Source: a virus
Taxonomy: Duplodnaviria > Heunggongvirae > Uroviricota > Caudoviricetes
Virus record (IMG/VR): IMGVR_UViG_2671180490_000011
Span: 1-14,300 of that record
Reading direction: 5' to 3' (one strand)
DNA: 14,300 nt
Below the pieces are notes generated by a model that saw nothing but the letters and a program-made list of their open reading frames with translations, was not told where the DNA came from and searched no databases. This document shows positions 8,554 through 14,300 of this stretch, piece by piece (the first letter of the stretch is position 1; the number at the start of each line of letters is the position of its first letter). Made by a program: the position numbers and the translations under genes.

Positions 8554-11500
8554 TATGCGAGCCTCACAATATAGTTAAATGCGATGTTTTTGACGGTGTT
8601 TTCCGCGTTACCAGCAGCGTTAACGGTGATGGTGTGTCCATGTGAACCAATCGCAACAGAGTGCGTATGAGCACCAATACCGACAGTATGCGCGTGTGCA
8701 CCCGCAGATGCTGCTGTGCCGGACAGTGAGTGTGTATGGTTTCCTTCTGAAGATGATTTACCTACCCATTGGGAGGTGCCACTGGTTAATGAGCCACTGA
8801 TACCAACCTGATTAGTCCCGCTAACTTGAGTACTCCCTGCCGGAAACATTCCAGTAGGTTGACTCCCGCTATTCGTTCTGGGCCCAGTCTGACTATGTTG
8901 GTGGGCCCCAGCTGAACTTGTAGAGCCGCTCAGACTGTGCGTATGCGCCCCGGTGTTATTCGTGGATTTAGTGCCGTAATCAAACGACGATGTGGTTTTC
9001 GTCCCCAAATCCGTACTGGATGCGCTGGCGCTGTGGGTGTGCGATTTAATGCCATCCTGTTCCTGAGACAATACGGCACGACCACTGGCGGGCTTGCCCT
9101 TAATCGTCCAGCCACGCATATCAGGGATCACGCCTGACGGATAAGCGGCTGCAAGTTTCGGGTAAGCAGATTTGTCAAAAGTCTGCCCCTGCATCAGGGC
9201 ATAACCAGACGGAACGGTATCTGATGGCCACGGGATTGGTGCACCGACTGGATAAAACTCTGCAGGAGGATGAGCCGAGGTGTAAAGCTGCGCCCACGGC
9301 GACCAGTTTGCGTCGGTCGTATCCCGTCGTGAACGAATAAATGCCGGAGCATGAGCACCGCTTGTACCACTCCAGCCGATGAGTAACTCACCTTCGCCAA
9401 CGGCTGTCATCCCTTTCAGGTGAATGATATTTCCATACGCTGTTGGATATCCGTTGTTATACACCTCGTATAACTCAAGACCTGCTGCCCCCTGCGTATT
9501 GTCTGTCAGCGCGGCTACCCGACCTTTTGAAGCCAGATTAACTGATGATACTGCTGTTCCACCTGACGGTAGCGCCCCGATCTCTGATGCCGTTGGCTTA
9601 TTTCTGGAGTTATAGTCCCTTCGCCAGCCAGGTGAATAATCTGTTCCGTGATTAATATAGGTAAACTGGGCGTTGGTTGTTCCGCCACCGCTGGATGTGG
9701 TCGGAGTGGTAATGCGGATCGTCATCGCTGACTTTATCCCCATTACTTCAATGACAGCTCCGGCGAGATGAATATTACCGCAGCCAGTATCAGTAATGAT
9801 TTTATTATTGCCATAAGACCAGGAACCCTTGCACATCCAGTATGGATGGTTAAATGCTCCCTGAGAATCCAGCCACTCGATAAACTGTGCAGTCGTCCAG
9901 TTTCCTGTTGTTGTGCTTACTGACCCACCGAAGGCACGGCAGGCACCAATATTTTTCGTAAAGGTGTCTTTGCCAGGGATATCCGCACCGTTCTGATCTT
10001 TCTGCAGACGTTTCTCAGCATTGTCATTGGCTGCTTTTACTGCCTTTGGCGTTGCCGCCAGCGTTTCAGACGTGCTGTTGGTCGCGCTGCTTAGCTGGAT
10101 TATCCCTTTCTGTGCTGTCGTTGCATCCTGTGCGGTGTATTTCCCGTTAGCCAGGTCATACGCGGCCTTAACGGCTTTTGGTGTTGCCGCCAGTGACTCG
10201 GAAGTGCTGTTAGTCGCACTACTGAGCTGTACTATCCCCTTTTTCGTCGTGCTCGCATCCTCAAGCGCCACGGCGGATGCAATATCCTCTGCCCGTTTTG
10301 CCGCTGTCTCGGCGCGCGTTGCCGCGGATTCCGCCGTACTTTTGCTCTGTGCTGCCGCCGTCGCACTGCCAGCTGCCTCTGTCGCCTTCGTGGATGCTGT
10401 CGTGGCGCTGCCCTTCGCTGCGGACGCTTGTCTGGTCGCCTCATCTTTTGAAGCAGACGCCGATGATGCCGATGACGCCGCCGAACTGGCGGACGATGCG
10501 GCAGCCGTTTTTGAGGATTCTGCACGGGTTTCCGACGCTTTCGCGTTCGTTTCGGATGTCTTCGCTGCGGAAGCTGACCTCGCTGCTGCCGTGGCCTGCT
10601 CAGTGGCTTCGCCAGCCTTCGTTGTGGCTGTTGAAGCGGATGATGCGGCGCTTTCTGCCGATTTTCCGGCGGCGGTGGCACTGGCTGAGGCCTGCCCGGC
10701 ACTTGTTGACGCGGCGCTGGCAGACGACGCAGCCGCTGTTTTTGAGCCTGCCGCAGCTGAGGCACTCTGTCCCGCTGCCGTTTCAGAAGACCTGGCGTTC
10801 GTCTCGGACGTTTTGGCCGCCTTCGCAGAATTTGCAGCCGNNNNNNNNNNNGTCGCACTGCCAGCTGCCTCTGTCGCCTTCGTGGATGCTGTCGTGGCGC
10901 TGCCCTTCGCTGCGGACGCTTGTCTGGTCGCCTCATCTTTTGAAGCAGACGCCGATGATGCCGATGACGCCGCCGAACTGGCGGACGATGCGGCAGCCGT
11001 TTTTGAGGATTCTGCGCTGGTTTCCGACGCTTTCGCGTTCGTCTCGGATGTCTTCGCTGCGGAAGCAGACCTCGCTGCTGCGCTGGCCTGTACAGCGGCT
11101 TCGCCAGCCTTCGTTGTGGCTGTTGAAGCGGACGATGCAGCACTTTCTGCCGATTTTCCGGCGGCGGTGGCACTGGCTGAGGCCTGCCCGGCACTTGTTG
11201 ACGCGGCACTGGCAGACGACGCAGCCGCTGTTTTTGAGCCTGCCGCAGCCGAGGCGCTCTGTCCCGCTGCCGTTTCAGAAGACCTGGCGTTCGTCTCGGA
11301 CGTTTTGGCCGCCTTCGCAGAATTTGCAGCCGCCGTCGCCGAGGAAGCTGCGCTACTGGCGCTTGATGATGCGTTCGTTTCTGATGATTTTGCCGCCTCT
11401 TTTGAAGCCGACGCATCCCGGGCTGAGGTGGCAGCTTCTGACGCTTTCGTGGTCGCGGTGGATGCAGAAGTGGCTGCTGATTGTTGTGACGCTGCCGCAT

Positions 11501-12128
11501 TCGTTTCTAACGTTTTCGCCGCACCGGCACTGGTAGCCGCCGCGCTTTTTGAGGACTCTGCAGCGGCAGCACTTTTTGAGGCTTCAGTGGCCTTTGTTGA
11601 TGCCGTTCCTGCGCTGGAAGACGCTGACTGAGCCGACGAAGCGGCCTGTCCGGCTGACGTGCTGGCTGCACGTGCTGAATCTGCAGCATCAGTCGCATGG
11701 GTTGCCGCCTCACGGGCTGATGTGCTGGCATCGCTGGCTGATTTCTTCGCGGCTGCCGTGTTCTGTGCCACCGCGGACGCGTTACGCGCCACCTCTTCCA
11801 CCATCAGCTCAAAACGGCGCAGTGCCTCCGGACGGGCATCATCCTCCGTCATGGCACCGAGAAAATCATTCAGCGTACCGGGTCGGGAATCTTCATACAC
11901 GGTGATGGTCCCGGCATGTGACGGCGGGAATCCTTCCACCAACAGAATAACGCTGTACTGACCGTACTCAACGTCCATGCTGTAACGCCCGGCTTCATCC
12001 GGATTTTCTGAGGCCAGCGTGTTCACCACCACCGTGGTGCTGTTACGTTTTGCTTTCAGCTGGATTGTGCAGTTCTGTACCGGTTTTCCTGTGCCGTCTT
12101 TCAGTACACCTGAAATCTTTACTGCCAT
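8553..12128 (-). CDS. stf: side tail fibre protein (phage lambda Stf homologue), interrupted by an 11-N gap at 10841-10851
   Basis: N-terminus [37 protein letters not shown]... is near-identical to lambda Stf. Followed by a long Ala/Ser/Thr-rich low-complexity region, the [24 protein letters not shown] motif (twice), a central domain, and the His-rich C-terminus ending [11 protein letters not shown]. Likely start is the ATG at 12128 (GGGGTGA SD 5 nt upstream); the track begins at an in-frame GTG at 12134. TAA stop at 8555..8553 overlaps the tfa-fragment ATG. Confidence 0.75.
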   Translation of the reverse strand: MAVKISGVLKDGTGKPVQNCTIQLKAKRNSTTVVVNTLASENPDEAGRYSMDVEYGQYSVILLVEGFPPSHAGTITVYEDSRPGTLNDFLGAMTEDDARPEALRRFELMVEEVARNASAVAQNTAAAKKSASDASTSAREAATHATDAADSARAASTSAGQAASSAQSASSSAGTASTKATEASKSAAAAESSKSAAATSAGAAKTLETNAAASQQSAATSASTATTKASEAATSARDASASKEAAKSSETNASSSASSAASSATAAANSAKAAKTSETNARSSETAAGQSASAAAGSKTAAASSASAASTSAGQASASATAAGKSAESAASSASTATTKAGEAAVQASAAARSASAAKTSETNAKASETSAESSKTAAASSASSAASSASSASASKDEATRQASAAKGSATTASTKATEAAGSAXXXXXAANSAKAAKTSETNARSSETAAGQSASAAAGSKTAAASSASAASTSAGQASASATAAGKSAESAASSASTATTKAGEATEQATAAARSASAAKTSETNAKASETRAESSKTAAASSASSAASSASSASASKDEATRQASAAKGSATTASTKATEAAGSATAAAQSKSTAESAATRAETAAKRAEDIASAVALEDASTTKKGIVQLSSATNSTSESLAATPKAVKAAYDLANGKYTAQDATTAQKGIIQLSSATNSTSETLAATPKAVKAANDNAEKRLQKDQNGADIPGKDTFTKNIGACRAFGGSVSTTTGNWTTAQFIEWLDSQGAFNHPYWMCKGSWSYGNNKIITDTGCGNIHLAGAVIEVMGIKSAMTIRITTPTTSSGGGTTNAQFTYINHGTDYSPGWRRDYNSRNKPTASEIGALPSGGTAVSSVNLASKGRVAALTDNTQGAAGLELYEVYNNGYPTAYGNIIHLKGMTAVGEGELLIGWSGTSGAHAPAFIRSRRDTTDANWSPWAQLYTSAHPPAEFYPVGAPIPWPSDTVPSGYALMQGQTFDKSAYPKLAAAYPSGVIPDMRGWTIKGKPASGRAVLSQEQDGIKSHTHSASASSTDLGTKTTSSFDYGTKSTNNTGAHTHSLSGSTSSAGAHQHSQTGPRTNSGSQPTGMFPAGSTQVSGTNQVGISGSLTSGTSQWVGKSSSEGNHTHSLSGTAASAGAHAHTVGIGAHTHSVAIGSHGHTITVNAAGNAENTVKNIAFNYIVRLA
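10360..11332. repeat. two ~481-bp direct repeat units inside the stf Ala/Ser-rich region (10360-10840 and 10852-11332), separated exactly by the 11-N gap
   Basis: Both units begin gtcgcactgccagctgcctctgtcgccttcgtggatgct and end tttgcagccg. Protein segments [18 protein letters not shown]...[10 protein letters not shown] are repeated with a few substitutions (AAVQASAA vs ATEQATAA; SETSAES vs SETRAES). Confidence 0.7.
10841..10851. other. assembly gap (11 N) within stf
   Basis: Literal run of n. Confidence 0.95.
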
Positions 12129-12139
12129 ATTCACCCCAC

Positions 12140-12165
12140 AAAAAAGCCCGCCTGAACCGGCGGGC
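12140..12165 (-). terminator. intrinsic terminator immediately upstream of the stf start (terminates the upstream tail gene); identical copies at 13197-13222 and 14267-14292
   Basis: On the - strand: GCCCGCC-GGTTCA-GGCGGGC followed by TTTTTT, then the GGGGTGA SD and the stf ATG. Confidence 0.5.
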
Positions 12166-12198
12166 TGTCATAACACTGTGTTACCTGGCTAATCAGAA

Positions 12199-12199
12199 N
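12199..12199. other. single N at a junction between stf upstream region and an internal stf position
   Basis: Literal n; flanks are ...ttacctggctaatcagaa | n | ctttctgccgattttccgg..., the latter being the internal stf sequence also found at 11143. Confidence 0.9.
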
Positions 12200-13185
12200 C
12201 TTTCTGCCGATTTTCCGGCGGCGGTGGCACTGGCTGAGGCCTGCCCGGCACTTGTTGACGCGGCACTGGCAGACGACGCAGCCGCTGTTTTTGAGCCTGC
12301 CGCAGCCGAGGCGCTCTGTCCCGCTGCCGTTTCAGAAGACCTGGCGTTCGTCTCTGACGTTTTTGCCGCCTTCGCGGAATTTCCTGCCGCTGTTGCCGAG
12401 GAAGCTGCGCTACTGGCGCTCGAGGATGCGTTCGTTTCTGATGATTTCGCTGCCTCTTTTGAGGCCGCCGCATCCCGGGCTGAGGTGGCAGCTTCTGACG
12501 CCTTCGTGGTCGCGGCGGATGCAGAAGTGGCTGCTGATTGTTGTGACGCTGCCGCATTCGTTTCTGACGTTTTCGCCGCAGCGGCACTGGTAGCTGCCGC
12601 GCTTTTTGAGGACTCTGCAGCAGCAGCACTTTTCGATGCTTCACTGGCCTTTGTTGATGCCGTTCCTGCGCTGGAAGATGCTGACTGAGCCGACGACGCG
12701 GCCTGTCCGGCTGACGTGCTGGCTGCGCGTGCTGAGCCTGCAGCATCAGTCGCATGGGTTGCCGCCTCACGTGCTGATGTGCCGGCATCGCTGGCTGACT
12801 TCTTCGCGGCTGCCGTGTTCTGTGCCACCGCGGACGCGTTACGCGCCACCTCTTCCACCATCAGTTCAAAACGGCGCAGTGCCTCAGGACGGGCATCATC
12901 CTCCGTCATGGCACCGAGAAAATCATTCAGCGTACCGGGTCGGGAATCTTCATACACGGTGATGGTCCCGGCATGTGACGGCGGGAATCCTTCCACCAAC
13001 AGAATAACGCTGTACTGACCGTACTCAACGTCCATGCTGTAACGCCCGGCTTCATCCGGATTTTCTGAGGCCAGCGTGTTCACCACCACCGTGGTGCTGT
13101 TACGTTTTGCTTTCAGCTGGATTGTGCAGTTCTGTACCGGTTTTCCTGTGCCGTCTTTCAGTACACCTGAAATCTTTACTGCCAT
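12200..13185 (-). CDS. stf: stf 5' fragment, copy B (N-terminal about 330 aa of side tail fibre protein, truncated at N 12199); distinct allele
   Basis: Same N-terminus as the 8553-12128 stf but with about 8 amino-acid substitutions (DASTSA to DAGTSA, DAADSA to DAAGSA, TKATEA to [15 protein letters not shown] to SAAAAKTSE and others). ATG at 13185, with SD and terminator upstream. Confidence 0.45.
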
Positions 13186-13255
13186 ATTCACCCCACAAAA
13201 AAGCCCGCCTGAACCGGCGGGCTGTCATAACACTGTGTTACCTGGCTAATCAGAA

Positions 13256-13266
13256 NNNNNNNNNNN
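13256..13266. other. assembly gap (11 N)
   Basis: Literal run of n. Confidence 0.95.
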
Positions 13267-14255
13267 GCGCTTTCTGCCGATTTTCCGGCGGCGGTGGCAC
13301 TGGCTGAGGCCTGCCCGGCACTTGTTGACGCGGCGCTGGCAGACGACGCAGCCGCTGTTTTTGAGCCTGCCGCAGCTGAGGCACTCTGTCCCGCTGCCGT
13401 TTCAGAAGACCTGGCGTTCGTCTCGGACGTTTTGGCCGCCTTCGCAGAATTTGCAGCCGCCGTCGCCGAGGAAGCTGCGCTACTGGCGCTTGATGATGCG
13501 TTCGTTTCTGATGATTTTGCCGCCTCTTTTGAAGCCGACGCATCCCGGGCTGAGGTGGCAGCTTCTGACGCTTTCGTGGTCGCGGTGGATGCAGAAGTGG
13601 CTGCTGATTGTTGTGACGCTGCCGCATTCGTTTCTAACGTTTTCGCCGCACCGGCACTGGTAGCCGCCGCGCTTTTTGAGGACTCTGCAGCGGCAGCACT
13701 TTTTGAGGCTTCAGTGGCCTTTGTTGATGCCGTTCCTGCGCTGGAAGACGCTGACTGAGCCGACGAAGCGGCCTGTCCGGCTGACGTGCTGGCTGCACGT
13801 GCTGAATCTGCAGCATCAGTCGCATGGGTTGCCGCCTCACGGGCTGATGTGCTGGCATCGCTGGCTGATTTCTTCGCGGCTGCCGTGTTCTGTGCCACCG
13901 CGGACGCGTTACGCGCCACCTCTTCCACCATCAGTTCAAAACGGCGCAGTGCCTCAGGACGGGCATCATCCTCCGTCATGGCACCGAGAAAATCATTCAG
14001 CGTACCGGGTCGGGAATCTTCATACACGGTGATGGTCCCGGCATGTGACGGCGGGAATCCTTCCACCAACAGAATAACGCTGTACTGACCGTACTCAACG
14101 TCCATGCTGTAACGCCCGGCTTCATCCGGATTTTCTGAGGCCAGCGTGTTCACCACCACCGTGGTGCTGTTACGTTTTGCTTTCAGCTGGATTGTGCAGT
14201 TCTGTACCGGTTTTCCTGTGCCGTCTTTCAGTACACCTGAAATCTTTACTGCCAT
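13267..14255 (-). CDS. stf: stf 5' fragment, copy C (N-terminal about 330 aa), truncated at N gap; protein-identical to the 5' end of the 8553-12128 stf
   Basis: Translation matches copy A over the region shown. ATG at 14255, upstream terminator at 14267-14292; the window ends shortly after. Confidence 0.45.
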
Positions 14256-14300
14256 ATTCACCCCACAAAAAAGCCCGCCTGAACCGGCGGGCTGTCATAA

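Noticed and set aside
6354-9615. Short ORFs nested in the stf copies (6354..6572 -, 6603..6896 -, 7005..7190 +, 7653..7868 -, 8312..8512 +, 8930..9115 -, 8937..9137 +, 9194..9400 -, 9424..9615 +)
   Set aside because: All lie out of frame or antisense within stf coding sequence.
10021-11631. Long ORFs on the + strand and in alternative - frames across the stf repeat region (10021..11631 +, 10277..11536 +, 10232..11500 -, 11549..11961 +, and their copies at 12050-13018 and 13107-14088)
   Set aside because: They lie antisense to or out of frame with a clearly identified stf whose translation matches lambda Stf. The GC-rich GCN/TCN-biased repeats keep every frame open. Their products are low-complexity Ala/Pro/Arg strings with no RBS context.
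5759-12128. Invertible tail-fibre shufflon of the Mu Gin / P1 Cin / e14 Pin type
   Set aside because: The duplicated stf/tfa segments are direct, not inverted, and no serine invertase gene is present; junctions coincide with Ns.
6343-14300. Diversity-generating retroelement targeting the tail fibre
   Set aside because: No reverse-transcriptase gene or template repeat in the window, and differences between stf copies are mixed substitution types rather than adenine-specific changes confined to a short variable region.
10360-14300. CRISPR array, suggested by regularly repeated sequence
   Set aside because: Repeat units are about 0.5-1 kb of protein-coding stf sequence, not 25-40 bp repeats with unique spacers; no cas genes.

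Overview
This window reads as the tail-fibre/attachment-site end of a lambda-like prophage in an Escherichia/Shigella-type genome. All identifications are from reading the translations and sequence by eye and from memory of reference sequences; no searches were run. Layout: (i) 1-1784, AT-rich DNA with no convincing genes, only weak ORFs, one 52-aa ORF with a good RBS, and AT-rich direct repeats. (ii) 1785-1830 (- strand), a 46-nt fragment matching, from anticodon loop to CCA end, the tRNA-Thr(CGU) gene I remember as thrW; I read it as a prophage att core repeat. (iii) 1831-2401, a 570-bp non-coding arm with hairpins. (iv) An accessory cargo module: MDR-type quinone oxidoreductase (2402-3394, -), LysR-type regulator (3544-4446, -) and a stand-alone GIY-YIG-domain protein (4916-5689, +) closed by a strong intrinsic terminator. 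(v) Tail-fibre genes tfa (5759-6343, -) and stf on the - strand. From 6343 to the window end, stf sequence occurs as five segments joined exactly at N positions (8506, 10841-10851, 12199, 13256-13266): two stf 3' parts with different central domains and three near-identical copies of the stf 5' ~1 kb. Because every junction coincides with Ns, much of this repeat architecture is probably scaffold/assembly-derived and needs read-level confirmation. No CRISPR array, rRNA, complete tRNA, integrase, transposase or reverse transcriptase was seen. The best candidate for something uncharacterised is the GIY-YIG protein in the prophage accessory slot; I cannot assign it to any named defence system from sequence alone.
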